Assembly: GCA_907165135.1 (NCBI GenBank)
Contig: OU015569.1
Coordinates: forward strand, 6,324,001 to 6,388,000
Source of the DNA: Oikopleura dioica
Lineage: Eukaryota; Animalia; Chordata
Direction: 5' to 3'
Length of the DNA stretch: 64,000 nt
Shown here: piece by piece, positions 1 to 13,453 of the stretch
Position numbering within the stretch: the stretch's first letter is position 1
How the letters are laid out: the number at the start of each line of letters is the position of its first letter
The notes under the pieces: model-generated
Told to the model about the DNA's origin: nothing
The model's input: the letters and a program-made list of their open reading frames with translations, nothing else
Database searches by the model: none
Program-made: the position numbers and the translations under genes

Positions 1-235
1 ATTGAAGTTACAGGTTAGGGTCGCAAGATGGCATGTCGAGTTGTTGGACTGATCAAAGTCGATAAATCATACGGAGATGGTGATGGGACTAGCAATTTTG
101 TTTGTTTATGCTGTTGATGTTTGAGATTGTTGTCGTGGATGTGTTCCGGTATTCTAACTTGAGTAACCTAAGCGGCGGCTGAACTCGGATCGACAAAAGT
201 GTCATTTTTATAATGAGATGATAAAATGCCAATAG

Positions 236-2166
236 TTTGAGATCCTTTCCTTCTCCCATGTCGACATAGTCGGCCGGGAAGAGTCCTTCAGTGCCATCTT
301 GTTTGCGCCCTTTGCACCAACCTTCTTCGTCTGGCTCGCCAAGAACGTAGATCATTTCTCCCTCTGTCAGCTCGAGCTCATCATCGTCCTGTTTGGTCCA
401 TGGATGTTTTACCATGGCCGTATATTCCCCGCCGGCTACAAAACGAGTCTCTATCAGTTCTTATATTTGCAAAAGACTCACTATCGGCTATTTGTACTTG
501 TGGCTCTGGTTCCGACTCGGGCTCGCTATCGTAGCCTGAAACAATTAAATACTCGCTGCGAAATTCAAACTTACTGGGACTCTTCTGCGGTGGAGGCGAG
601 TCGTACTGGGCAGACTGATTGTAAACGCCTTCTGTACCAGCTGCTACGTTTCCTGAAGCACTCGATCCAGACAATTTCTGTGCCTGCGCCAACTCATCGT
701 ACGGCTGATACTCCGGCCACACCATATTAACCGCGTTATTTGGCCCCATGGTGTTGTTGTATCTAAGGTATTCCTTGTTGATTGCAACACAAAAAAGAAC
801 ATTACATTTGGAGGTTTTGAGTGATGTCAATGGACTGCGCAGACTCTGCCACGCTTTCGAGGGTGTCTATAACATTGAATTTTTCTGATTCAGCGCCCTT
901 TTCTTTTGCCTTGAGTTCGAATACCATGTTTTCGTTCTTTTCAAGTCCCAGGGCCTCATTAAAATTGCCAATGAGCTCGCTAAATTCAGTCAGATTTTCT
1001 GGTATTTAGATTTGGCGGACCTGGTCTTTTGTAAACGCTGCTTTTCAAACTCCATGGCGGCTTCAAAGGCCTCATTCATTCTTCTCACATAATTGTCCTT
1101 TTCGTCAACTAGTTCTTGTGATGACGTCTTAAACATAATTCGAGTATTGTTCAAGATAATGTCAAGAAATTAACTTGTCATATTTAACTGTTTGGAAAAA
1201 CCGTTGCTTACCCTGTAATGCTGGTCTTTGGCCTGCAAATCCGCGGATTTTGTCTGCAAATCGTTTTCCAACTTCGCCGCCTTTTGGTCATTTTGTTCAA
1301 GTTTGGCTTGATCATGTTGTTGACGAGCAGTTTTCTCTGCTTGCGTCGCCTGATGAATTTATGTTTTCTGATGAGATGAGAAAATCAAAGTTTGCATGGT
1401 GTAATGATGGATTATCGGAATGTTGGCATACCTTGTAAAACTGGTCTCGCAGTTGAACATTCTTTTTGTACATCTTTTCCCATGAATCTTGAGCTTGTTT
1501 AAACTTTTTCGTTTGCTCTTTTTGGGCATTTGATGGCCCGAAAAAGGACTTTTTCCAAGTATCCTCCTTCCACGTCTTGGCTGGTTGGGAACATTTTTCA
1601 TTGATTTCAGCGGCGATCGCCCTCAAAATTTGTATCATTCATTATTTTTGACAATGATTTATTATGCACATATTTTTAAGCATGCAGCGGCTTTGATCGA
1701 ATTTTAATTATGCATTTTGGAAGTATTTAATCTTCTCTAAATTGTTTACAGTGCTTCGTAAATGCAAAGAAAATTTCCACAGGATTCTTTCCGTTTAAAA
1801 TACCTGTGATGAGCGGCGGCACAGCGAGCAATTTTGATCTGTTCCAGCATTACTTGCTTAACTGGATCGTATTCCACAATTTTGCTGATTTTAGCTTCAT
1901 GCGTGCTAGCATACTTTTCGAACTCCTTGGCAGTTTTCATCTGGAGCTTCTGCATGGCATCCATCATATTGAAAAGATGGCCGGCAGCTTTCATGCCATC
2001 ATCGATCTGTTTGGCGGCTGGATTGTGTCCGCCGATCTACGAAATCGTAAATAAAGCCAACTAGATTTCTGTAAAAAATTCTCATTTGATTTTTCTAGAA
2101 AAGCAATCATTTAAGAAAACGACTACTGTCTGCTGTGGCAACAGTGATGTCAGCTGATACTGACAT
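236..2166 (-). CDS. PACSIN: PACSIN/syndapin-like F-BAR + SH3 protein (multi-exon; 3' end approximate)
   Basis: N-terminal MSVSADITV..., then KQIDDG (PACSIN KRIDDG), F-BAR helices (WKEDTWKKSFFG...KKFKQAQDSWEKMYKK) and a C-terminal SH3 (DELELTEGEMIYVLGEPDEEGWCKGRKQDGTEGLFPADYV) in ORFs 1746-1994, 1312-1638, 381-830 and 89-415. Confidence 0.85.
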
Positions 2167-2728
2167 ATCGTCGTGGATAAAAAAGTCACATCAGAACGTA
2201 TTCTTTAGAAATTATTTACACTATTACGAGTTATTTACATCGTAAAACGCCGGTTGTGTTTTTTCTTTCTTTGGCATCTTTGCATCCACCTATCTGCTCT
2301 CTGGGTTTGTGAATTCTAGTGGCCAGAAGACTCCTTGTTGTTGGCGGTGCAATTGGCGCTTTGAATCGGCGAGTGTCAGAAGTGCCCGTTATTTCTAAAC
2401 AAAACTTTCTTCTCTTCCTGATGAATGCGTAACTCGCGGCTTTTAGGTGTGTGCCTCGCTTTTTGTTGGGCACAAAAGCTAAAAGCGTTGCGCGAAATTC
2501 AAGTACTAACGAGTGGACGATCTACTAAATCCCGCACAGGAATGCTAACTTTCTTTTCTCTGTTTGCTTTGAAAAGAACATTTGGCCCATTCCAGACGCG
2601 CGGGAGTGCCACGCGGTTAGCTAACGCACTTACCAGAAATGGGTGTTTTTCTTTTTAAAAATTTCTCTCTGCCGATAACGGCTCTTTATGCAAACAGCAT
2701 ATATTAAGTCAATTTAGAGAAAAAGAAT

Positions 2729-3180
2729 TTAAGAGAGGTGAATCGCAGTGTCAAGCCTTCTATTTGCCAACTCTTTCCGACTTGCCAAATTTTTCTGTTT
2801 GCCCAGAGCGTCATAACTGTACGCGTAGAATACTGCACCAGCAAAAATAGCTAACGGATTGTAGACTTGGACTGAGTTTTTATTTGCTAGGACGAAATTC
2901 CTATAATCTATTTTCTCATCTGCGCGCATGAGGCCGAATTCCCCTGTCAGTATTAATCGAAAGTAAACCCATCTGTACGATATCTGTAATCTTTCCAAGT
3001 TTTACAATGAAAATTATTTTGCTTTGTAAAAACTAACGTTATTCATCACTCAAAGTTGATTATCAACTGTTAATACGCAAATTAAATTCGCGGGAATAAT
3101 CATATTTTCAAATGTATTCACAAAAATGTACAGAGAGATATACAAAAGAACAGGGTCGCGGTCGGCTGGTGTTTTAGCAG
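2729..3180 (-). CDS. Probable NADH dehydrogenase subunit NDUFB4-like small membrane protein (5' exons unresolved)
   Basis: ORF 2729-2998 has YRNFVLANKNS (recalled human YPNFRPTPKNS, same spacing), one TM segment, and ends RRLDTAIHLS* (human GKLDRTFHLSY*). No start codon could be placed. Confidence 0.45.
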
Positions 3181-3238
3181 GTGTTTATGTTTGTTGAGTT
3201 TTGGGCATATCGTGAAGACTTAATTTGTTCGAGCACTT

Positions 3239-6200
3239 CTAGCACTTGACCTTTATTGTCCGTTTTATCGTCTTGAGATTTCGTACTTGGCGCACTTTGC
3301 TTGGCTTCCTCTTCTCCGTAGCTCTTGCTGAACGCCTCCGAGTGCTGATTGCGGGAGCCCATGCACATTCCCCATTAGCGCTGCAGTCGCACATCATTCC
3401 TGAGTAAAATCGTAACATTTGTTTTTAAATTTGTCTTTTACCCTCCGCTAGAGCGGCCGGTTGTCGAGAGCAGTTCTCGAGCTGACATTTGGTTCCTACT
3501 TCGTAGAAAAGTCCATCTTTGAGAGGAGAGTTGCAAGTGACGTCTGGGAACTTTGCCGAGAAATAGTGTCTCGGATGCTCGCAATGAAACCGTCCTAAAC
3601 ATCGTTTTAAATCTCTTTGAATCTAAAGGTACTTACGAATGCAAAAAGCGTCGATGATCGGCACTTTCTTGATTCCCCATAAGCAGTTGCTTCCTTTACA
3701 AAAGCACTTTGTCTCGAGTCGTGATGAGAACGTTTGTTTCTTTCGTTGGTAATTAGCAGTTGAGCAGCGCCCATGACAGTTGGCGTTCTTTGTCCTTGAG
3801 CTGCACTTGGAAAAATCCGGAAGAATGTCTGATAAAGTTCTTTTATCATTCATAACGATGTGTATCGAAAATCAAACATAAAAAAATAATTGAAAGAACT
3901 TTCCTTCGTTAAATTGAGTAACTTGATCGAGAATATTTGGACATGCAGGTTTGCAGGAGCAATCATTCTGAATTCAATAAATTAGTTTCATAAAGAAGAA
4001 AGAACGAAAACCTCTTTATTATTCGTCCATTCTCCATCGATGCAATCGAAGCTCGCTTCTTTCTTGGTAGAAACACACATCGCTACCATATTTGATGGGC
4101 AGGAAATCTTACACGAGCTTCCCTCTGTAACGGTTTCTACAAGAATCTCTCTTTTAGAAATAGGAAAAATTATTATTATTGAGTTTCTTCTAAACCGTTG
4201 CTTTGTCCCCGTCGGTGCACGAGTATTTTGCGTTTCTATTCAGCCACATTGGTGGAATTGCAACTAGTTTTCCACACGTAGCAGCTCTTTTCTATAGACC
4301 GAGATAAGATCATTAAATCTAGCGCATTTTAACCTTGCAAAAACAAGCACTATTATGTGGGCGACTCCAGAGGCCGCCAAAACATTGCGCACTTTCAGCT
4401 CCATCTTTGTTACAAACAAGCTCGAAGTTTGTTGGATTGTTGCACGAGGCACTGCAGCTGCTCGCTGAACACGACCATTTGCCATCAGGAATTCGTGGAA
4501 GATCCGACAATTGACAGCTCTTTTTGGTTGTTGTTGTAGTCCTCGTGGTAGTTGTAGTCGCTGTAGTTGTTGATTCCTAGGTTTATTTAGTTAATTCAAA
4601 ACAAACTATCAATACGATCACCTTAAATATCGACGCTGCAAAAAAATTTGCGGTTTCCGAATCGACTTCGTCTTTGACGCTCGCTACTTTATCATCAATG
4701 CAGTTCAACGTCATTGTATCTTTTCCTCCTTTAGTCCAGCTATAATACCAAAAAAGAGCTTCATCAGGACACTGGCCGTCCCATTTGGCGTGATAGTAGA
4801 AGCTGGGCTGACCGAGGGTTTGCGCGAATCCCCAGTAGTGGAAAAATGAAAATAAATACTTACCGTCTGTTTCTGAATAGAAATAATCTTTGCCTTTATA
4901 CTGACCTGCTCGGGAATACGCATGTGTTCGCCCGTTCAGAGTTATCTCGAAGTTGGAACAGCATCCCCAGTCACAACTTTCTTCGTCAGACTCATCTTAA
5001 AATCATATTACTGCATCACGTTCCCTGGACAACGAAGATGATTATTATTACGAATTTTCATTGCGAGAACGTGTGTTTCCGCATTACAAGTCTTTTTAAA
5101 ATATTCAAGTAAAATCGGCTGAAACATTCCGCGGTCAAAGTAACTTCAAAGTCTTCTCTTTAGAGTTCGTTCATGGTCAATTTATGTGGACATACCTTCG
5201 CAGTCGATGATGCCATCGCAGAATCGGTGTTTGAAGACTTCTTGGCCATTTTTGCACTGGCGCATCTCGTGCCCGCAATGTTCTGGACAACCGTAAATGT
5301 GACAAACCTGTGAAATGTCCAGAGTCGATGGCCGATTTCGCTGTGCCCGAACCGCCTCTCCATTGTCCCTCCTCGTCATCGTCGGCTTCGATCCAGCTGC
5401 AAAATTCGCCGACGAGTAGTGCATGACGGATAGAAAATCGTATGGAGAGCCAGTATTTTCCCAGTCGCCGTCGCCGAGAATCTGGAAGTTCCATTTCTTC
5501 GTCGGTGCTATGTTTTCCCAGTGTACCTTAATATTGTTAGCTTCTTGTTTGAGCTCCTGATTGATAAATGAATCCTAAATGTTACCTCAATATGTTCATC
5601 TCTGTCAGGCCTATTTTGCTCATGATCAAATCCAAGTGCATGCAGAAATTCGTGTAGAGCCAGTCCTCTCGTGTGGCAAAGCGTGCCAAGAGAGATGTCC
5701 TGAGGATTGTCGCCAGTCATGCCTATGTAAGACCAACAGCCGTTTCCGTCTATGATTCTTATTTTTTCCTCGTACTGCTTGTCGAATCGGTCGACTTCTT
5801 CGATCTTGATACAGAAGTTGGTCTCTTTGTTGAACCACTCAACGTGCGAGGCGATTTCTTTTCGGATTTCTCGAGAGCCTAAAAAGAGCCTTTTAATTCT
5901 TTGATATTGCAATTTTGTATGTGTATGTAAGGACATCTTCGTTGGACTTCCGGGCTTACTGACTTAACGTCAACGGAACTGCTCATTATTATTTTAGATA
6001 TATCTACGAAAATTGACATTGAAATCACTAACTTCCGTGTAAATTTTACACTGTAAATATAGTTGAACGAGTTAGTTCATGAACTCGAACTACAACCGTC
6101 GAAATTTATTTTTGTTCCAAGCCTCAAGCTTTTGTTGTAGTAGAACAACCTCTTATCGCTTATACACTTGGTTATTATAAATAAGTTATTTAAAATAACC

Positions 6201-6770
6201 CTTCCGGATTGTTTGAAACGAACATGACCGCAACACAATTATCAATTTCGTAAACACTGCCACTTCAAAAACATGCATTTCTACTCGGATTTCTTACCAG
6301 GGAAACTAGCTGAAAAATAGAAGGGAACAATATATGAACCGTTCTTCTTATACTTCGTCCAACGACTTTTCACCATTTTCGAGTTGACGGCGACAATTGC
6401 CGCGCGATCTCCAACTCTGCGGCCGGTGGCTGCGCTGGTACTGATCGCAGCGCTAGTGCCTCCTGAGCGAGTTATACCAAACCGAGCCGCCACTTCTAAG
6501 TTCGTCGGCAACACTCGGTAAGATGGAATGTTATAACCAGCTTTACGCAGCGACTTTGCCTGGAAGCGAGAGAAAACGATGTCGTCGCCAATATGTTCGT
6601 CGTCGCTAGCAATTTATTTTAGAAAATCTTCAATTAGTGTTCGACTTACATTTTGATGGTTTCGACCTCACTGACATTGAACGTAGGTGTCATTTCGAAA
6701 GGACCCATGGCTAAAAGAGCGGTTTCAAGCGAGTGACAGATAATTGCTCGCTCAGAACTTAGATTCATAG
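3239..6770 (-). CDS. Astacin (M12A) metalloprotease with LDLa, Cys/aromatic domain, Thr-rich linker and several CCP/sushi-like modules (5' end may extend further upstream)
   Basis: HEFLHALGFDHEQNRPDRD zinc motif (ORF 5508-5936), SVMHY Met-turn and a prodomain GDDIVF motif. A GT-AG splice from ~5190 to ~5000 joins FCDGIIDCE to DESDEESC, completing an LDLa. This is followed by a TTATTTTTRTTTTT linker and sushi-like exons (LPRIPDGKWSC...AQCFGGLW; SCKISCP...FDCIDGEW). Confidence 0.8.
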
Positions 6771-7650
6771 ATAGTCTAAGTTGTATTTGATTTTTACGGT
6801 CCATTACTAGCAATCAGTGACAAGGAAGTGATTAATGAGCGGTTAGAAGGCATATATGCGATTTATTAAGGAATTAAAATGTTCAATCTCCGTGAAACTC
6901 GTTAACTATTTACCGACTGGGTTGAACTGAACTTCAGACGCAGGGTCGAAAACGACGAATTCGAACTCGATCTCGCGAACAGGACTTTCTTGGGCAGACA
7001 GGGAGGGGGTCTGCTCGATCTCTCCGGGCATCAAATTGAACATCATCTGATGCTTTTATTGGGATAACTATTTTAAAGATATCGACTTGAAATTTGAGAG
7101 CTAATAAAAGATTGCCGCCTGGCCAGTCCCTTTCGCAAAAGTTCAAACATAATAGACTCGCCGATTGTAATGGGGAAATAATGGCTTCTCATGATCTCAT
7201 TGGATTTCTTGAGTTCCAGATTTTGGAAGGCCAGTCGTGTTTAAGGGCGCCTTCTAACGAGCAAGAAGTAGGTTGTTATCCGAGCCTGTAAGTCGAAGGT
7301 GTCTTTGTTTTGATCAACGTCGGCTTGAACGCATTTCATTGGCGTGTATCTTCGTCGTGGCATCCAGCGGCATCTGTCGCGCGGAACGTCCCCCGCCGCT
7401 CTAAAATGCAAAGGTCACATGTGAGGTCATTCGGGGTCACTCCGCTCGATATCATGGTGCTAATAGAGAAGCCCCTATTATGCGCCCGCTTTTTAGCTAT
7501 TTCCGCCAATAAAACGGTATTTAACCGAGTACCAAAAATCTTTTTATAAAGCTGACAAAAAAGGTTAACAAAATGCGATAAGAACTTTCCAAGTTCAAAA
7601 AAGTCCGATCAACTTTTTGAGAAAAAACAGAGTGATAGAAATGACTAAGT

Positions 7651-8280
7651 AATGGCACAGCGGGTGACGCTAGACGATAACCTCTTATCGCTAATTAAGC
7701 CTGTTCTAGATGAGTTTGAACGGGAATTCAGAGTTTCTTTGGCTGTCCAAGTTTGGAGACACGTGGACTGTTCATTACAAATTCACATTCAATGGCTCAT
7801 CTAATTGACTTCATTAAACCAAATAAATTACCTATAGCAGCTGCAGACGATTTCCGGATCAGTTGGCCGCATGTTTTTCGGACAAGAAACTAAAAAGAAG
7901 GTCAAATTCCATCACCAGATCTACTCGCTGCGTCTAATTTTTGGACAGATACTGTTTTAATATAAATATGCGTTATTTTGGGTGTATGATATCTTCACGT
8001 TCCATTTGAGCATTCGCGCGAAATTATCTTTCAGAGAGCCTCATTGATAAGGACTTTTGAAGGGCGCAAGTAAAAGAAAGAAATCAACTGATTAGGACCA
8101 GCCTTTTAAATTTCGGGAGTAAATTTCGAACAGCGATGAATATTATCTAGCTTGTACAGCCTGTAACAGCAAACGTGCGCTGTGAATTTGAGGCGCGAAT
8201 TAGATTGATCAAACGAGATTATCCGTTCATTACTTCCGTCTACGATCATGTTTACTGGCTTGCCCTTGGCACGAAGAGAT
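7651..8280 (+). CDS. Possible small multi-exon gene of unknown function
   Basis: ATG at 7651 (MAQRVTLDDNLLSLIKPVLDEFEREF) and several open segments bounded by AG/GT; no recognisable homology. Confidence 0.3.
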
Positions 8281-8359
8281 AGGTGAACTTGGATCGGGTT
8301 CCATTCTCAACTTACGCCTTTTCTACTCCTTGTAGATTAGCTTCCATAACACCTTATTC

Positions 8360-9043
8360 TAACATACCCCACCCCCAAATTTTCGCGCATTCCTCGGTGC
8401 ATTTTCCGTAATTTACTCTTCCTGATTTGTTCAAAACCCCCCAAATTTACGCCGCTTTACTTTTCCGCGCGCCTCAAAATTTCCTCTCCTAACTTTTCCG
8501 CGTGCGCCCTAATTTACGCTCGCGGCGCTAATTGGCTTCGTCGGTTACTTTTCTGAGTGCGCAAAAGTCTTGTTTTGCTCGCTCCGGGCAAAGAAAGGAT
8601 GATCTTTTATAAAAAGCCAGACTCCCTTATAGGGCAGCCCTATCTTATGTTATCTTTGATAAAATTATTGCTTATTGTTACAGTGAAGTTTATAAATATT
8701 TGATAGAACGTTATGCTAGTGCGATAGATGAAAATTTTTATGTGTCCAAGCCACGAAAAATTTCCAATTCTAGCGCCTCGAGTACCTGAAAAAGACTGAA
8801 ATCCTTTGGTTAGATTTGACGCTATGATTGCATAACGCGCCCGTTAATGAATCATTAGCGTTGACGAGCATTTCAGCGGGTCGCGAGTAAATTTGGGCGC
8901 ACGCGGAAAAGTTAGGAGAAGAAATTTGGAAACGCGGGGAAACGCGAGGAAGCGTAAATTTCGGGTGTTTCGGAAAAGTTAGGAAACGTAAACTTGGGCG
9001 AAATACCACGAATTGCGCGGAAATTTAGGGGGGGGGTATGTTA
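8360..9043. mobile_element. MITE/foldback-like non-autonomous element with ~170-bp imperfect terminal inverted repeats
   Basis: 8360-8525 (TAACATACCCC...CTCCTAACTTTTCCGCGTGCGCCC) is the reverse complement of ~8880-9043 (GGGCGCACGCGGAAAAGTTAGGAG...GGGGTATGTTA). Both ends carry TA (possible TA TSD). No transposase ORF inside. Confidence 0.7.
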
Positions 9044-9880
9044 TCAAGATTATAGAGAGCGCCCTTACAATAATGTTGAGCTTTTGGAAGAAAAACATAC
9101 CTCTGCATTTTGTTTTGTCTGGATAAAGTGAACTCTCGGTTTGCTCAGCGTCGCAAATAAAAGACATGGAGTTTCTTGTCTCATAGCTCCGCAAAAGCTT
9201 CGTCGAGCTTTCTTGTTCTCCCCAGTCGAGTCTATTTCGGCTTTTCTATTACAGCTCTTTTTAAAATATTCCGTAGATCTAATCTATTCATAGCAATATA
9301 AAAGCCACGCCTGTACCATTCTTCAGGAAGATTACAACCTGCGTTCGATCTGTCTGTGATGCGACTCTCTGCGAAGGCTATGCAGAGCAGTAGCTGCCAC
9401 ATCATAAACAAAAGGACTTCTCCAGTTTAATCGGCAATCTCTCTGTCTTCTGGATCTGGTTATTCGGATTATTTACTGTCACTGATGAGGTTCAGTAATA
9501 TCTCCTCTCCTTTCTCGATGGAAGAAAACCCTCTGCAAAAAATATCGAAGAGCGCGGAGGAAGAGCGTGACAGTCGCGCCACTCTGATGGCGCCAACGAG
9601 CCCCGCGCGCCTTCCCGATTTCACGATTTCATTTTAACGCGATCAGCTGGTAATATTAAAATACTATCTCGTAAAAATGAGCATTGCCTAACGTTAGAAC
9701 TATCCTAAATGAGATCAATTTAGACGCGTATCGAATAGTTCACTTTAGAATCTCTCCTCTAGACGACGATTATCGAGTCCCAATTCTTTTTCCCAACGAA
9801 AAGTGTAAATTCTCGTAATTTTGTTTATTTATTGTTATTTCTCATAATTTATTATAGTTGGAGATTTGCACCTTGCAGTT

Positions 9881-10400
9881 TCAAAATAGCTCTTCTATGT
9901 CGGGAGTTGCTGTTGCTGCGAATTCTGTCACCTTTACATCATTGAACTGATCTCCGGAGTCGAAAAAGCTTTCGGAAGTTTAATTTTTTTCTTTATCTTT
10001 TTCACTCTTGGCTTGAACAAATACTTGCGCATTTTTCCACCACCAGTTGTATCAATCTGAACAGAATGGACTCTCCAGTCATCGCGCCCGTTCTTTTTCA
10101 AACGAACTGCATTTATTGTTCCTAAAATCTTTTCATTATCTGCGTGTTACAGCTTATTATTACTAATGAGTCAAATTATATTGATGGATTAGGTACCTAA
10201 GTCCGTGAAATAAAGCTTGAACTTGTCAGTATTGCCTCTCTCGAAGTCGTTTTTGTAGGGATTGTCTAGCTTCGTCCATCCGGTCTGAACATCCGCCTAA
10301 CTCGCGAAGTGTAAATACGAATTACCTGTGCTGACTCGCCAATAATATCGATAAAAACATCATCGTCGGTGCCGGAGAAGATCTTGGTCGAGGTTCGTAC
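9881..10400 (-). CDS. PLAT/LH2-domain protein (C-terminal exons; 5' part unresolved upstream)
   Basis: Manually spliced exons not in the ORF track: VRTSTKIFSGTDDDVFIDIIGESAQ / GWTKLDNPYKNDFERGNTDKFKLYFTDLG / TINAVRLKKNGRDDWRVHSVQI. These match the PLAT consensus GTDxxV, FERG, DLG, GxDxW, with GT-AG introns. Confidence 0.75.
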
Positions 10401-13400
10401 TGAATGGTTAAATTTGTACCGCTCATCAGTTGAAGGATGATCTCATTAGGAGTTTAGAAAAATGTGAGAAGTGAACTCGAATATTTCTCTCAGGCGTGGT
10501 ATCGTTACCGTGAATGGTGAATTCATGAAAAGACATTTCTCGCCGCTCTTCAGTGCTCTCAGCTCGCAAGATTTGAAACTGGAAAGAAAAAAACTCTTGA
10601 GGAAAAATAAGGGGAGCTTTTGGCGATTTCAGGCGTTGTCAGTCGTAAACAGAAATCCGTTTTAAATTTCAACAAAAGGACATTCTTGCTGAGTAATAGA
10701 ACTCGAATTGAATAAGAATGTGGCCCACTGATCTTTTCCACTCGCCCATCGTAAAAAACTAAAGTAGAAAAGCGCGAGTGCAAAGAAAAGAAACTAGAGT
10801 TGAGGCATTCCTCCTGAACTGAGCCGGATTTAAACACTGAATGAAGGAAACGAGTGCCGCGCGAAAATCAGCTCCTTCCGTTCACAGATACAGTTTCTAG
10901 CGAGAGCACGTGTTCCACGACAGTGCACCAACAGATTCAATTGAATTAAAGTTTGGCGCAAAGTGAGCTGGTTAGCAGTTGTTTTTGATTCTTGCACCGA
11001 TTTGCCGCAATCTAACTTGATAACGAGCACATTTGTGCTACTGATTCGTAGTTTGATTTTTTTACTGCGCGGTCTTTGCTTTAACCGGGTTCGCTTTTCT
11101 GGAACTGTTCGTTTATTGCAGAGCGAGTTAAATTGAACAGTTCCAAGCGACAGAACAAAAAACCCTTGTTGTATCAAGAATTTGATTTTTGACTTGTTCT
11201 CGAGTGCTTTGAAGGTTTATTTGATGAAGCATTTCCGGATTTTGCTGAAAGGGGCAGCAGGGTGAGCTAAAATACAGATTCGTGGAGAAAGTGACAGAGG
11301 TGGCACACGAAATGCGAAACGGAACCCAAAATGCCAATCACGAATTCGAGAAGTTCCAGATCCTCCGTGAGTTCAACTAGATTCTAGTAATGCAGAAACG
11401 ACGCGTTTTAGAAAGCATAAACCGTAACTCGAGAGCTACATAATGAGGTGAAAAATACAGGGAACAGCCGCTCAACAAAGGGATTCTAGTGGGCAGGGCC
11501 CGGGCGGAAATGTGAAATTCTTATCGGGCCGGAATTTACGGAAACACGGAATTCCGTGTGGACGAGTTGCAAGATAAAGTTTCAAAAAGAAGAAAAAATG
11601 CGGTCTATGTTGCTCTCCGAGCAGTCTTATAGCTTTTGCTTTTCGTAATCTTTTGCAAAATTGTGATTGCTCGTCGCTTTTGTGGTTGGAGCAACGGAAA
11701 CACCATCGTTGGCAAAGAAAATGTTTTCTTTGCCTGCCGAACGTTCGAAAAAACAAAATCTGAGGGATATTCGTTTCGCTCAAACTATAAAATCACTTCG
11801 CTCAATATCCGGTGACCTAAATGTGAACATTCGTCCATTTGATTCCTGAGGCAAATTGAAGCCGATACAGTAATTTGAAAATATGCGCTCGAGCCATGTT
11901 GCCGGCGCAAAAACATAACTTCAATATTTTTAATTTCACCAACAACCGGTCGAACAAAGAGTTCACTTCAAACTTCACACTTTCGAACAATAAAGCAAAT
12001 CTAAAATACAGGCCTGGGAAAACAAGGAAACGGAAGGCTTCGTACTCGAACGTGAAAATCAAAGCGCTAGATTAAGGCTGCTCGAAAAAAATGAATGAAC
12101 TTTAGGCCGAAATCGTTTTCAGTTTTAAATTTTATTTTATCTGCAAAGTCGCTTCTTTTCAGTGTAACTCGCTAAGAATGTCGCTCAATCGGCGCGTGAG
12201 GTAGCAAGTTCAATTCCACGATATTTTCTAATTCGCACCGCGGAATTTTTCTCAGTCACCGTTCGTTCGAGCTCCATTATGCACGTTGCACTTAAACATT
12301 CTATTTTAACATTTGCATTTTGGCAGGCGCTCGAATATTCGTTTGCGAATCTCTGTCCCACAGCATCGACGCCCATACGATTTCTGTCTCCATCTGAGAG
12401 TCGAATCGGCTGCATGAACAATGGCTCGCCCTTGATATAATGTCCGGAGAAGGCTCATTTCGTTATAGTAGACGTGGTTTTGATCCCTTTCGAAAGTAGG
12501 CGATACTTTCCTGAAGATCCGCAAGCGCTCAATAGGCTTCCGGCGGAGCACCTTCTGGGAAATTACGTTGATCATCTTGATTAATGATTGAAAGCCCTCA
12601 AGTGGCTTCAAGGCCAACGCGACTCGTTCCACAAAACAGCGCTTAGAGAGAACCGCCCTTGGTAGAAAAGCTTCTCAACTCAAAATTGTTTGGTTGCTTT
12701 GCGTGGATCACCAAAGTGGAATTGTGCAGCACGTTTCGCTATTACGAGATTTCGCGCTATCATCTCTTCGAACAGGAACACGTGTTCAATGAGGCACTGG
12801 GCCGAGTATTGAGTTCGTTTCGAGAAAGCCACATGCACATGTTGTGCTTTTAGAAGTTTGGCTATATCGCTCTCGAACCTGAGAGCCCGTCCCACTCGTA
12901 TTAATGGCGCCCTAACTAATAGAACAGAGAGCAAAACAGAATTGTTGCGACTCGTTACTTTGTCGCCCGTTTCCTCTAACGAACGTTTTTTTTCAGCAAC
13001 TTGATCTTGATCTCTGGCTGCAGTTAGCGTGACACGAATTATATTCATTCCGGAGCAAGCTAAAGCCAAGAACTATCCCAGTTTTCCTCTCACGCTTTTT
13101 CAATTCTAGTTAGTCGCGAATAATCACTCTATGCATAGATCATCTAGTTTTACGCAATTCAAACAAGGAATTAATGCCCAGTATTGCTAATATGTGGAGT
13201 TCACCTGGTTAACCGAGGCTCTAATACAAGAAACAAGAAACGCCCGTTGAATGATAAGCGTTAAAAGGAAATATTTTTGCCTCTTGCATTACAAGTTCAC
13301 CTAAATTTGATAGAATTACTACCGCTCTGGGGACAGGAACAGGATTATAGAGTGAGAGTTAACATAGTACAAAAAAGAGCTAAAAATGTGGAATCCGTGA

Positions 13401-13453
13401 GGGATATATTCTGTTTTTAATCAAAAATTCATAACTGAGATTTACTTTTTCAG

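Noticed and set aside
11544-11559. 16-bp perfect palindrome ACACGGAATTCCGTGT
   Set aside because: Isolated, with no partner repeat or TSD.
12185-13069. Broken minus-strand ORFs faintly resembling a tyrosine recombinase (PLFMQP...LSATCI)
   Set aside because: Needs several frame changes, and no R-H-R-H-Y catalytic set is identifiable.
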